DNA of 64,000 nt from an uncultured Candidatus Saccharibacteria bacterium (GTDB lineage: Bacteria; Patescibacteriota; Minisyncoccia; Phycocordibacterales; CAIRYW01), in the NCBI GenBank assembly GCA_964446625.1, contig CAYUPH010000001.1:6283-70282 (forward strand), in the 5' to 3' direction. Position 1 is the stretch's first letter; each line of letters starts with the position of its first letter. Shown here piece by piece: positions 27,560-36,529 of the stretch. The notes under the pieces are model-generated. The model had not been told where the DNA came from, did no database searches, and saw nothing but the letters and a program-made list of their open reading frames with translations. The translations under genes and the position numbers were made by a program.

Positions 27560-27907
27560 TTAAAATTCTAGTCCTGCCTCACGCGCCGCGTCTGCAAGAG
27601 CTTTAACTTGTCCTGTATAAATAAATCCTCCTCGGTCAAAAACAACTTTTTTGAGTCCTTTTGCTTTTCCACCTTCTGCAATTAGTTTCCCTACTTCTGC
27701 TGCGCCAAGAGTTTTCTTTTCACCCTTCTTTGGACCTCCAACTGAGAGAAGAGTTTTACTTGCCCCATCATCAATAAGTTGAGCATAGATGTATCGGTTT
27801 GATTTAAATACCGCAAGTCGAGGAGCTTCTGCAGTTCCTTTTACTCGAGACCTGATTCGTCGTCGTCTTACTACTCTCTTTTGTGTTTTTTCGCTAGTTT
27901 TTGCCAT
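27560..27907 (-). CDS. rplR: 50S ribosomal protein uL18
   Basis: PRLAVFKSNRYIYAQLIDD, VVFDRGGFIYTGQVKALADAAREAGLEF. Confidence 0.97.
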   Translation of the reverse strand: MAKTSEKTQKRVVRRRRIRSRVKGTAEAPRLAVFKSNRYIYAQLIDDGASKTLLSVGGPKKGEKKTLGAAEVGKLIAEGGKAKGLKKVVFDRGGFIYTGQVKALADAAREAGLEF

Positions 27908-27912
27908 AGACT

Positions 27913-28443
27913 TTATACTGATTTCTTACCTTGTTTTATTGTCACATGTTCTCCGACATATCGAATACCTTTTCCTTTGTATGGTTCTGGTTTCTTGTAG
28001 TCTCGAACTTTCGCTGCAAATGCCCCTACTGCTTCTTTATCGATTCCAGAAACAGTAATTGTGCTTTTTTCTATTGTCACAGCAAGTCCTTCAGGGATAG
28101 TAATGTTTACTGGGTGTGAAAAACCAAGACTCATAACAACCTCTTTACCCTTTACTTCTCCTTTGTATCCAATTCCTTCGATCTGGAGTTTCTTTTCGAA
28201 ACCTTTTGATACCCCTTCAATCATGTTCATTACATGTGATGAGATTGTTCCCCAGATCGGATCAACAGATTCTGGATTTTTGAGTGACACTGTTACTTCA
28301 GAACCATTTACTGAAACAAGAACTTCTGAAGGAATTTCTCGTTTAAGATTTCCTTTTGGTCCTGTTACAGAAAGAGTACTTCCGTTTAACTCAACAGTGA
28401 CACCTCCAGCAACTTCAATTGGTTTTTTTCCAAGTCGTGACAT
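27913..28443 (-). CDS. rplF: 50S ribosomal protein uL6
   Basis: MSRLGKKPI, LGFSHPV, KPEPYKGKGIRY. Confidence 0.97.
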   Translation of the reverse strand: MSRLGKKPIEVAGGVTVELNGSTLSVTGPKGNLKREIPSEVLVSVNGSEVTVSLKNPESVDPIWGTISSHVMNMIEGVSKGFEKKLQIEGIGYKGEVKGKEVVMSLGFSHPVNITIPEGLAVTIEKSTITVSGIDKEAVGAFAAKVRDYKKPEPYKGKGIRYVGEHVTIKQGKKSV

Positions 28444-28447
28444 AAAT

Positions 28448-28843
28448 TTACCAAATTTTAAATAGTGCTTCTCCTCCGACTTTTTCTTTTCGAGCTTCAA
28501 TATCTGAAAGAACTCCTTTTGAGGTACTCATAACTAGCATACCGAAACCGTTTCGAACTGGGCGAAGTTCTGTCGAACCTTTATAAATTCTTTTTGAAAG
28601 TTTTGAAATTCGTTCTGTACCAATTACCTTTGGAGATCCGTCTTCGGCGTAAGCAAGAGTTACTTCTGCTGACTTAATGAGCTTCTTCCCTTTCTTACTG
28701 TAATCAGAAATGAAACCTCCTCTTTTGAGGCATTCAAGAATATCTCCTACATAATTTGAATATGGAAATGTAAAAGTCTCCTTTCGAGCTGCGCTCGCGT
28801 TCTTAATTTTTACTATAAGGTTAGAAATTCTATCGTTTACCAT
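28448..28843 (-). CDS. rpsH: 30S ribosomal protein uS8
   Basis: [40 protein letters not shown]. Confidence 0.96.
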   Translation of the reverse strand: MVNDRISNLIVKIKNASAARKETFTFPYSNYVGDILECLKRGGFISDYSKKGKKLIKSAEVTLAYAEDGSPKVIGTERISKLSKRIYKGSTELRPVRNGFGMLVMSTSKGVLSDIEARKEKVGGEALFKIW

Positions 28844-29022
28844 GATGATTTTTTAATTCCAGGAATTTTTCCTTCGTTAGCGTGTTCTCGAAAACAAATT
28901 CGACACATATCAAAATCTCGCATATAGCCGTTTTTTCGTCCACACCTAAAACATCGTCGCACTGTTCGTGTGCTGAACTTAGGTTTCTTTTCTGCTCGCG
29001 CTATTACTGATGCTTTTGCCAT
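28837..29022 (-). CDS. rpsN: 30S ribosomal protein uS14, zinc-binding type
   Basis: [25 protein letters not shown]. Confidence 0.97.
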   Translation of the reverse strand: MAKASVIARAEKKPKFSTRTVRRCFRCGRKNGYMRDFDMCRICFREHANEGKIPGIKKSSW

Positions 29023-29080
29023 ATTGTGTTTATTTGAGTCGAATTATCAACAAAAAATGCTCGAAATGAGCTTGGAGGCT

Positions 29081-29109
29081 ATGCTAACAAGAAATGAAAG
29101 GAAAGTCAA
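29081..29109 (-). promoter_or_regulatory. Sigma70-type promoter for the rpsN-map segment
   Basis: TTGACT-17 bp-TAGCAT on the minus strand. Confidence 0.65.
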
Positions 29110-29313
29110 ATAAAAAACACTACTTTTTGTGTCTTTTTGTCCTCTCTTGACAGTGCTTTAAAAATACTTAGTATTTAGACAGTCTGAAGTGCACCCTTCT
29201 CACTCGGTGCCCAACTCTCACTTACCCCTTTTTGCCCCTAGAAAAGAGGGGTGCACAAGCTCATTACACGCTTGTCCGGTCTTTGTCGACAAGGCCGCAT
29301 TATAACCCTTCTC

Positions 29314-29538
29314 ATGACTAAAAACATGAGAATACGAAGCGCGGTAGGATTTGGGATTTTTCTCATCATCCTACGGATTATAATGCCGGCAGTGTTTACT
29401 GGCCTTGAGCATACCCTCGTGCTCTTTTTCGATGCGTCCTCCGGGGCCCTCGAGCACAGTAGTGCTGCAATCGAAAACGGCTTTCAGGGAGCCCTCTGGA
29501 ATATTCCAGAGGTTCCAACTCCTCCGGGAGCCGAGTAA
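29314..29538 (+). CDS. Small membrane protein inserted between rplE and rpsN
   Basis: Hydrophobic AVGFGIFLIILRIIMPAVF segment; followed by hairpin AAGCCGCGCC/GGCGCGGCTT. Confidence 0.6.
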   Translation: MTKNMRIRSAVGFGIFLIILRIIMPAVFTGLEHTLVLFFDASSGALEHSSAAIENGFQGALWNIPEVPTPPGAE

Positions 29539-29570
29539 GAATAAGCCGCGCCTTTGGCGCGGCTTTCGCA

Positions 29571-29603
29571 TTAAAAAAACCCGCCGGAAGCGGGTTTTTT
29601 TAA
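29571..29603 (-). terminator. Terminator after rplE
   Basis: AAAAAACCCGC-cggaa-GCGGGTTTTTT. Confidence 0.8.
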
Positions 29604-30137
29604 TTATTTTGCAAATGGGAATCCTAGATACTCGAGGAATGCCTTTGTTTCTTTTTTATCCTTTGCTGATGTTACTACTGTGATTGCAAGACCGAATACA
29701 TCTTTGATATCTTCGTCCGCTGTTTCTGGAAAGATGCTGTGCTCTTTGATACCGATTGTCATATTTCCCATATCATCAATTGCGGTAGCTTTTAGACCTC
29801 TAAAGTCTTTTGTTCGAGGAAGTGCTACGTGAATAAGCTTTTCGAGGAAGTTTATCATTTTCTCTCCTCGAAGTGTTACCCTGTACCCAACTGAGTCTCC
29901 CTCACGCACCTTAAAGCTCGCAATAGACTTCTTTGCAGCAGCAACTGAAGGCTTCTGTCCTGCAATTCGTCCAATTCTCTCTCCAATAAACTCTTTTCGC
30001 TTTTTATCAGAAATTTTTCCTGTTCCTGTTGCGATGATAATTTTTTGAAGCTTAGGAAACTGCATTGGATTTTTGTATCCAAAAGTATCTTTTAACGCAG
30101 CTCCAGCTTTTTTTTGTTTTTCTAGAAGTGTAATCAT
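29604..30137 (-). CDS. rplE: 50S ribosomal protein uL5
   Basis: IAGQKP, KKSIASFKVREG, ALPRTKDFRGL, GNMTIGIKEHSIFPE. Confidence 0.97.
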   Translation of the reverse strand: MITLLEKQKKAGAALKDTFGYKNPMQFPKLQKIIIATGTGKISDKKRKEFIGERIGRIAGQKPSVAAAKKSIASFKVREGDSVGYRVTLRGEKMINFLEKLIHVALPRTKDFRGLKATAIDDMGNMTIGIKEHSIFPETADEDIKDVFGLAITVVTSAKDKKETKAFLEYLGFPFAK

Positions 30138-30141
30138 AAAA

Positions 30142-30444
30142 TTATATTTCTTTTCCTGATTGTCTAGAGATTCGAACCTTTTTATCTCCTACTGTTTTGT
30201 ACCCTATTCGAGCTCTCTTACTACCTTCAACAGCCATAACATTTGAAATGTGGATTGGCATAGGTTTCTCGATAATTTGTCCCTTTTGTCCTCCTTTTCG
30301 TGACCTTGAGTGCTTCTTTACAAGGTTTACTCCAGCAAGAACCACAAGAGACTTAGCTGGAACAACCGCAGAAACTTTGCCTGTTTTACCCTTATCCTTT
30401 CCTGAAATCACTATTACATTGTCGCCTTTTTTTATCTTTGCCAT
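30142..30444 (-). CDS. rplX: 50S ribosomal protein uL24
   Basis: IKKGDNVIVISGKDKGKTG, PIHISNV. Confidence 0.97.
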   Translation of the reverse strand: MAKIKKGDNVIVISGKDKGKTGKVSAVVPAKSLVVLAGVNLVKKHSRSRKGGQKGQIIEKPMPIHISNVMAVEGSKRARIGYKTVGDKKVRISRQSGKEI

Positions 30445-30448
30445 ATTT

Positions 30449-30820
30449 TTACACTACTTCTGGTGCAAGTGAACCAATTTTCTGATAACCAAGTTCGACA
30501 ACTTCTCGTGGAATCGGACCGAAAATTCGTCCTGCAAGTGGCTCTTGCTTTCCTTTCTCAAGGATTACAACAGCATTCTCATCGAATCGAATGTAAGATC
30601 CGTCTTTTCTTCTAAATGCTTTTTTCTGTCGCACAACCACTCCTTGAAGAACATCTTTTTTCTTTACGTTCTTTCTTGGTTCTGCTTTCTGTACTGAAAG
30701 GACAACAATGTCTCCAATCTCAGCATATCGTCGCCTTGTTGAACCAAGCACTTTGAAAATTCGTCCGACTTTTGCTCCGGAGTTATCTGCGATTTGAACT
30801 ATTGCTCTTGGCTGTATCAT
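30449..30820 (-). CDS. rplN: 50S ribosomal protein uL14
   Basis: ADNSGAK, DGSYIRFDENAVV, RIFGPI, SLAPEV. Confidence 0.97.
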   Translation of the reverse strand: MIQPRAIVQIADNSGAKVGRIFKVLGSTRRRYAEIGDIVVLSVQKAEPRKNVKKKDVLQGVVVRQKKAFRRKDGSYIRFDENAVVILEKGKQEPLAGRIFGPIPREVVELGYQKIGSLAPEVV

Positions 30821-30838
30821 GGCTTTTTAATTAAATTA

Positions 30839-31084
30839 TTATCCTACAATTTTGAAATGCTTATCCTTTGAAATCGGTGCACATTCTTCAATGATAACTT
30901 TTTCTCCAATTTTCTTTGTGTTTCCCTTGTCGTCTGCTTTGAACTTTTTGTTTCGCTTTACATACTTTTCGTATTTTGGCACTTTAACAAATCTCTCAAC
31001 AAGCACAACACATGTGTCTTTCATTTTGTCTGAAACGACTGTTCCAGTAAGTTGTCTTTTTGCTGTTTGTGTTTTCTTTTCCAT
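30839..31084 (-). CDS. rpsQ: 30S ribosomal protein uS17
   Basis: GTVVSDKMKDT, EECAPISKDKHF. Confidence 0.95.
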   Translation of the reverse strand: MEKKTQTAKRQLTGTVVSDKMKDTCVVLVERFVKVPKYEKYVKRNKKFKADDKGNTKKIGEKVIIEECAPISKDKHFKIVG

Positions 31085-31088
31085 ATGT

Positions 31089-31271
31089 TTATGCTTTTCG
31101 AGCGTTAAGTTCTGTAAGAATCTGCGCAATTTCCTTTCGAAGACCCTGACCTTCTTTTACATTCTTTGTCTTTCCACCAAAGTTTCCGAATTTGAATCCT
31201 CTAAGAGCTTCTCTTTTTTCTGAAAGAGTCTTGTGAAGTTCTTCTGTTTTTGTATCTTTAAATGTTTTCAT
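31089..31271 (-). CDS. rpmC: 50S ribosomal protein uL29
   Basis: RKEIAQILTELN; position between rplP and rpsQ. Confidence 0.9.
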   Translation of the reverse strand: MKTFKDTKTEELHKTLSEKREALRGFKFGNFGGKTKNVKEGQGLRKEIAQILTELNARKA

Positions 31272-31275
31272 CGTA

Positions 31276-31698
31276 TTACCTCGCAATTACCTTTGTTTTA
31301 AGAGGAAGCTTCGCTCCAGCCTTTCGAAGCGCTTCTCTAGCAACAGTGTCTGCAACACCGTCAACTTCAAAAAGTACTCGTCCTGGCTCAACTTCTATAC
31401 AGTATCCCTGAGGATCCCCTTTTCCTTTACCCATCGGAGTTTCTGCACCCTTTTGAGTGTAAGGTCGGTCTGGAAAAACACGAATCCAAAGTTTTCCTGT
31501 TTTCGAAACTGATCGAGCAATTACTTTTCGTGCAGCTTCAATCTGGTTTGATTTTACTCGGCAACTTGTTGTTGCTCTTAGGCCGTGTGAACCAAAAGAT
31601 AGTTCAGCTCCTCTTGTTGCTCTACGGTTAGCAATCCTCTCAGGATTTTGCCTGTCAGATTGCCACTTTCTAAATTTTACTTTTTTAGGAAATAACAT
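31276..31698 (-). CDS. rplP: 50S ribosomal protein uL16
   Basis: MLFPKKVKFRK, QIEAAR, WIRVFPD, MGKGKG. Confidence 0.97.
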   Translation of the reverse strand: MLFPKKVKFRKWQSDRQNPERIANRRATRGAELSFGSHGLRATTSCRVKSNQIEAARKVIARSVSKTGKLWIRVFPDRPYTQKGAETPMGKGKGDPQGYCIEVEPGRVLFEVDGVADTVAREALRKAGAKLPLKTKVIAR

Positions 31699-31709
31699 GG
31701 TGGTAAAAT

Positions 31710-32366
31710 TTATTTATTAAAAACTTCTCCTTTATAAATCCACACTTTGATTCCAAGGTCTCCCTGAGGAATTGTTGCTCTTTCTGTGGCGTAATCAATA
31801 TCCGCTCGGAGTGTCTGAAGTGGAATCTGTCCCTTCTTTAGAGTTTCAGATCGGGCCATATCAGCTCCTCCAATTCGGCCTCCTATATAAATTTTTACTC
31901 CTTCTACTTCTCGGCTTGCCATTACTTTCTCAACTGTCTGCTTCATTACTCGTCTGAAAGGCACTCGCTTTTCAAGTCCTTCTGCAACCATTTGAGCTAC
32001 AATTGCAGCATTTGCTTCTGGAGTTCTGATCTCTTCAATATCAACTTTGATATTTTCAGTATGAAGAATTTTATTTCGTCGCATGAAAGAGAGAATATCA
32101 TTTCGTAGTTTTACTGACCCTTCTCCACTTCGTCCAATAATCATTCCTGGTCTTGAAGAAGCAATAACGATACGCATAGTCTTTTCCCCTCTCTCAATTT
32201 CTACACCACTTACAAATAGACCTTTTAGTCTTTTTGCAAGATACTCACGAAGAAGCACATCTGCTTTTAGGTAGCTTCTATACTTAGCATCCTTTGCAAA
32301 CCATCGGCTTTTCCAGTCCCGAATGATTCCAAGTCTATGTGAATATGGGTGTACTGTGTGTGACAT
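31710..32366 (-). CDS. rpsC: 30S ribosomal protein uS3
   Basis: HPYSHRLGI, SRPGMIIGRSG, IPLQTLRADIDY, GIKVWIY. Confidence 0.97.
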   Translation of the reverse strand: MSHTVHPYSHRLGIIRDWKSRWFAKDAKYRSYLKADVLLREYLAKRLKGLFVSGVEIERGEKTMRIVIASSRPGMIIGRSGEGSVKLRNDILSFMRRNKILHTENIKVDIEEIRTPEANAAIVAQMVAEGLEKRVPFRRVMKQTVEKVMASREVEGVKIYIGGRIGGADMARSETLKKGQIPLQTLRADIDYATERATIPQGDLGIKVWIYKGEVFNK

Positions 32367-32374
32367 GTTAATTA

Positions 32375-32806
32375 TTACTTCGCTTCCTCAGCGTCTTTTT
32401 TAGTTTTTGTAACTTTTTTTACTGTAGCTTTTTTTGGTTTTACTGCTTTAGCTTCTTTTTTTGGCGCTGAAATAGCTTTTACTTCTTTCACACCAAGAAC
32501 GATTTCAACATGGCTAGTTCTCTTGTTGATTCGAGAAGCTGAACCTCGAGCTCGTGGCATGATTCGTTTCATTGTCACACCTTTGTTAACCTGAACAGCT
32601 TTTACAAAAAGTGCATCTTTGTCTTCTCCTTTCTGAAGCGCGTTAGCAACTGCTGAATCAAGAAGTTTAATCAAAACTGATGACGCTCGCTTTGGTGTAA
32701 ATGAAAGCGCGTTTCGTGCATCGAAAACTTTTTTACCTCGAATAAGGTCTGCAACAATGCGTACTTTTCGTGGTGACTGTCTGTATGTTTTTAGAACTGC
32801 TTTCAT
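32375..32806 (-). CDS. rplV: 50S ribosomal protein uL22 with Lys/Ala-rich C-terminal tail
   Basis: SPRKVRIVADLIRG, KRIMPRARG, KRTSH. Confidence 0.97.
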   Translation of the reverse strand: MKAVLKTYRQSPRKVRIVADLIRGKKVFDARNALSFTPKRASSVLIKLLDSAVANALQKGEDKDALFVKAVQVNKGVTMKRIMPRARGSASRINKRTSHVEIVLGVKEVKAISAPKKEAKAVKPKKATVKKVTKTKKDAEEAK

Positions 32807-32815
32807 ATATAACTA

Positions 32816-33154
32816 TTATTTTTTAGCAGGAGCGGTCTTTGCTGCTTTTGCTGCTGCAATTTCTGCTTCTTTCTTAGCGGCATCTTGCTCCTTCTGCATT
32901 TTTCCTCCGTGTCTAATGAATTTTCGAGTAAGAGAAAATTCTCCAAGTCGGTGCCCTACCATATCCTCTGTCACAAAAACCTCAACGTGAGTTTTTCCAT
33001 TGTGAACTCCAAAAGTAAATCCAACCATTTCAGGAGAGATCTGGCTTGCTCGCGCCCATGTGCGAATAACAGGTGTATCACCTGGTTTTTTTCCTTCTAT
33101 TTTCTTGAGTAGATTTTCATCTACATATGGACCCTTTCGGAGAGACCGTGTCAT
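32816..33154 (-). CDS. rpsS: 30S ribosomal protein uS19 with C-terminal extension
   Basis: [28 protein letters not shown]. Confidence 0.97.
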   Translation of the reverse strand: MTRSLRKGPYVDENLLKKIEGKKPGDTPVIRTWARASQISPEMVGFTFGVHNGKTHVEVFVTEDMVGHRLGEFSLTRKFIRHGGKMQKEQDAAKKEAEIAAAKAAKTAPAKK

Positions 33155-33303
33155 GTAATTAAATTCTGGTTAGGACAAATAAAATAGCCCATTAAGGCTT
33201 GAGAAGTATACTATCAAAATATATAAAAGTGTCAAACTTTTCCCCTTTGGACACCCCTCTTTGCTTGTATAATTAACTCACTTATTCGCTTTTTAAACAA
33301 AAA

Positions 33304-33618
33304 ATGAAGGAATTAAAGAAAATTGACGTATGGTCATCTGCAAAAATCGTAGCAGTCGGGTACTTCGCAATAGGTGTCCTATTTAGCCTCTTTATGGCTG
33401 TACCTGTGATTTTTATAGGCAAATTTGCTAGTGGTGGACAGGAGGCGCCGCTAGGTCTGGGTATACTGTTTATACTCCTCCTTCCCTTCATGTATGGCGT
33501 TATGGGAGGTGTTATTACGGCAATATGCGCTGCGCTTTATAATTTATTCTCTAAACTTGTCGGCGGTATCCGCTTCGAACTTGTAGATGTTCCCCCAAAA
33601 CCAAATACTGAGGCCTAA
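33304..33618 (+). CDS. Two-TM membrane protein (DUF3566-like) inserted between rplB and rpsS
   Basis: KKIDVWSSAKI...YNLFSKLVGGI pattern; own TATAAT at 33268-33273. Confidence 0.75.
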   Translation: MKELKKIDVWSSAKIVAVGYFAIGVLFSLFMAVPVIFIGKFASGGQEAPLGLGILFILLLPFMYGVMGGVITAICAALYNLFSKLVGGIRFELVDVPPKPNTEA

Positions 33619-33624
33619 CTAAAG

Positions 33625-33661
33625 AAAACAAAAACCGCCCCAGAAGGGCGGCTTTTGTTTT
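33625..33661. terminator. Bidirectional terminator after rplB
   Basis: AAAACAAAAACCGCCC-cagaa-GGGCGGCTTTTGTTTT. Confidence 0.8.
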
Positions 33662-34502
33662 ATCTTTGTTTTCCGACTTTTCGTCTTGAAACAATATATT
33701 TGTTTGAGTATTTCTTGCTTCTTCGTGATTTCTGTCCTTTTCCTGTCGGTTTTCCGTAAACAGATTTTGCTCTTCGAAGTCCTCGTCCCTGTCGTCCCTC
33801 TCCTCCTCCGTATGGGTGGTCTACAGGGTTTTGTGCTGTACCTCGAACCGTAGGTCTGATTCCTTTCCATCTGCTTTTTCCAGCCTTTCCATAGTTTTGT
33901 AGGTAGTGTTCTTCTTTTGAGACAGATCCAACAGACGCAAAACAAGTGTCTTTTACCTTTCGAACCTCTGTTGAAGGAAGCTTCACAAATGTAAATCCTT
34001 GGTCTTGTCCGATTACCTCAGCGTAGTTTCCTGCTGATCGGGCCATTTTTGCCCCACCTTCAGGTTTTACCTCCACATTGTACACAAAGGTACCAACTGG
34101 AATATTCTTTAGCGCTAGGCGATTTCCTGGCTTTACAGGGGCATTTTCTGATACTACAAAGACTGAACCTGGTGTAACGTCCTTAGGAAGGAGTACATAT
34201 CGCTTTTCTCCATCTTTATAAGTCACCAGTCCAATAAATCCTGATCGGTTTGGATCGTACTCAACAGAAACAATCTTTGCCTCGATATCTTTTTTATTGT
34301 ATGTAAAATCAACATCTCGAAATAGTCGCTTTACTCCAGACCCTTTGTGTCGTGTTGTAATTCGTCCTGTATTATTTCGTCCAACAGATCGTCTGTATCC
34401 CGATGTAAGAGACTTGTGTGGCTGCCCGTGAGTAACAACTCCTCGGTAGCTTACTGTTGACATCTGTCGTCGTGATTTTGATGTAGGCTTGTATGTCTTC
34501 AT
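33660..34502 (-). CDS. rplB: 50S ribosomal protein uL2
   Basis: GRNNTGRIT, EYDPNRS, RPTVRG, NPVDHPYGGGEG. Confidence 0.98.
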   Translation of the reverse strand: MKTYKPTSKSRRQMSTVSYRGVVTHGQPHKSLTSGYRRSVGRNNTGRITTRHKGSGVKRLFRDVDFTYNKKDIEAKIVSVEYDPNRSGFIGLVTYKDGEKRYVLLPKDVTPGSVFVVSENAPVKPGNRLALKNIPVGTFVYNVEVKPEGGAKMARSAGNYAEVIGQDQGFTFVKLPSTEVRKVKDTCFASVGSVSKEEHYLQNYGKAGKSRWKGIRPTVRGTAQNPVDHPYGGGEGRQGRGLRRAKSVYGKPTGKGQKSRRSKKYSNKYIVSRRKVGKQR

Positions 34503-34507
34503 AATGG

Positions 34508-34792
34508 TTACATTACTTCTATCTTATCTCCTTTCTTTAGGTAAACATAGGCTTTAACGACTGATGCTGTTTTACCTTTCTTTCCCTTTGAAAAAACGTT
34601 TTTCGCAGGAAGTTTTACAATGTTTACTTTTGTAGGAGATACTTTGTAAAGCTCTTTTACCGCTCTTTTTACCGCTCCTTTGTTTGATCCTGATGAGACT
34701 TCAAATACGAAAACATTTTCTGCTTCATTTTTTGCCGCTGCTTTCTCTGTAATTCGAGGTCTTAAAATAATTTGTGCTGGGTGAGTTTTCAT
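34508..34792 (-). CDS. rplW: 50S ribosomal protein uL23
   Basis: RPRITEKA, KVNIV, KAYVYL. Confidence 0.95.
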   Translation of the reverse strand: MKTHPAQIILRPRITEKAAAKNEAENVFVFEVSSGSNKGAVKRAVKELYKVSPTKVNIVKLPAKNVFSKGKKGKTASVVKAYVYLKKGDKIEVM

Positions 34793-34793
34793 C

Positions 34794-35462
34794 TTATTTT
34801 TTCTTTGAAGTTACTGACTCAAGAGCTTTTACTGAAGATTCTGGACCAACAAATACAAGAACTCTCTTTGAAAGAATATCTGGAATATTGATGCTTCGCG
34901 CCTCAGAAACGATCACGTTTCCAAAGTTAGCAAAACTTTTCTCAAGATTCTTTGATTTTTCTCCCGTTGCAATTAGAGCTGCGTTGTTTCGTCGTCCAAG
35001 GGCCTCAAATCCTTTTACTTTTGCAAGAGAAACAAGTACTTCTTTTGCGTCTTTTGTTTTTGGAGCATCGAATGAAAGAGAATCAATAAAGAGAATTTCT
35101 CCATCTCGAAGTTTCGCTGAAAGCACTGTTGCAAGAGCTTTTGCTTTTTCTTTCTTGTTAACCTTTCGGTCAAAGTTCTTGTCATTTCGAGGACCATGAG
35201 CAACTCCTCCACCTACCCAAATTGGGCTTCTGTTAGATCCGTGTCGTGCTCGTCCTGTTCCTTTTTGTCTCCAAGGTTTCTTTCCTCCTCCTCTTACTTC
35301 CCCTCTTGTCTTTGTGTGAGCAACAGGTGTTCGTGAACTAGATTCAAGAGAGTGAAGAACGGTGTGTACAAGGTCTGCGTTCCAAGGAAGCCCGAAAACT
35401 GCTTCTGGCAAAGCCACAGTTCCCTTTTCTTTTCCTTTTTGATCAAATACTTTTGCTTCCAT
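34794..35462 (-). CDS. rplD: 50S ribosomal protein uL4
   Basis: TKTRGEVRGGGKKPWRQKGTGRARHGS. Confidence 0.98.
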   Translation of the reverse strand: MEAKVFDQKGKEKGTVALPEAVFGLPWNADLVHTVLHSLESSSRTPVAHTKTRGEVRGGGKKPWRQKGTGRARHGSNRSPIWVGGGVAHGPRNDKNFDRKVNKKEKAKALATVLSAKLRDGEILFIDSLSFDAPKTKDAKEVLVSLAKVKGFEALGRRNNAALIATGEKSKNLEKSFANFGNVIVSEARSINIPDILSKRVLVFVGPESSVKALESVTSKKK

Positions 35463-35466
35463 GGTT

Positions 35467-36078
35467 TTATCCTTTAATTTCTACAATTGTTCCTTTGCGA
35501 CCTGGAATTGCTCCACCAATAAGGATTTCTCCTTTTTCAGCATCAATTCCTACAACTTTGAGATTCTTTACTGTAACTCGGTCTCCTCCAGTTCGTCCGG
35601 CCATTCGCATACCTTTTGCAACACGTCCTCCATCTCGTCCTCCTCCTCCAATAGACCCCGGCTCTCTTTCAGAGTGCTTTTGTCCGTGGCTTCGTGGACC
35701 TCCACCGAATCCGTGTCGTTTTACTACTCCTTGAAAACCTTTTGCTTTAGAAATAGATGACACAGTCACCTCATCCCCTTCTGCAAAAAGAGTAACTCCG
35801 AGTTTGTCTCCCTCTTTTACCTCTGGACTGTCCTGTCGAAATTCTCTCAGAACTTCAAAGTTTCCAAGTCCTTTCATTTGGCCTTTTGCCGGCTTTTTGA
35901 TGTTCTTTTCTTTTCGGACTCCAAAACCAAGCTGAACAGCCTCATAACCGTCTTTGTCTATTGTCTTTATTGTAACCACAGTGTTCTCTGGTGCAGAGAC
36001 AACAGTCACTGGGTACACTTTCCCGTCTTCTTTGAAGACTTGAGACATGTATTGCTTTTTTCCTAAAATTGATTTCAT
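35467..36078 (-). CDS. rplC: 50S ribosomal protein uL3
   Basis: DGYEAVQLG, KGFQGVVKRHGF, PGSIG, GAIPG. Confidence 0.97.
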   Translation of the reverse strand: MKSILGKKQYMSQVFKEDGKVYPVTVVSAPENTVVTIKTIDKDGYEAVQLGFGVRKEKNIKKPAKGQMKGLGNFEVLREFRQDSPEVKEGDKLGVTLFAEGDEVTVSSISKAKGFQGVVKRHGFGGGPRSHGQKHSEREPGSIGGGGRDGGRVAKGMRMAGRTGGDRVTVKNLKVVGIDAEKGEILIGGAIPGRKGTIVEIKG

Positions 36079-36129
36079 TTGTTTCTTTGATTCTGGATTA
36101 TATTACCCGGTTTCGGATTTTTGTCCACC

Positions 36130-36489
36130 TTAGATCATCTTTACATCAATGCTTACTCCAGAAGGTAAACTAAGATTTGAAAGCGCCTCAATCACTTTTG
36201 GATTTGGATTAAGGATATCGATAAGTCTTTTGTGAGTTCGCATTTCGAACTGTTCTCGCGCATTTTTGTACACAAAAGACGCTCGGTTTACAGTGTATTT
36301 TCGAATCTCTGTTGGAAGAGGAATCGGACCTAACACCTTCGCATCATATCGAAGTGCAGTATCGATGATCTGCTTAATAGAAGCATCAAGGATTTTGTGA
36401 TCATACGCTCGAACACGAATTCGAAGCTTTGATCCTTCGCTTGATTTTGCTTTCTTTACTTCTTTTGTTTTTGTATCAGTTGTAGCCAT
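36130..36489 (-). CDS. rpsJ: 30S ribosomal protein uS10
   Basis: [35 protein letters not shown]. Confidence 0.97.
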   Translation of the reverse strand: MATTDTKTKEVKKAKSSEGSKLRIRVRAYDHKILDASIKQIIDTALRYDAKVLGPIPLPTEIRKYTVNRASFVYKNAREQFEMRTHKRLIDILNPNPKVIEALSNLSLPSGVSIDVKMI

Positions 36490-36529
36490 TTTCTTTGGTC
36501 CCGCCGCGTTAGCGGCGGGACCTTTTAGA

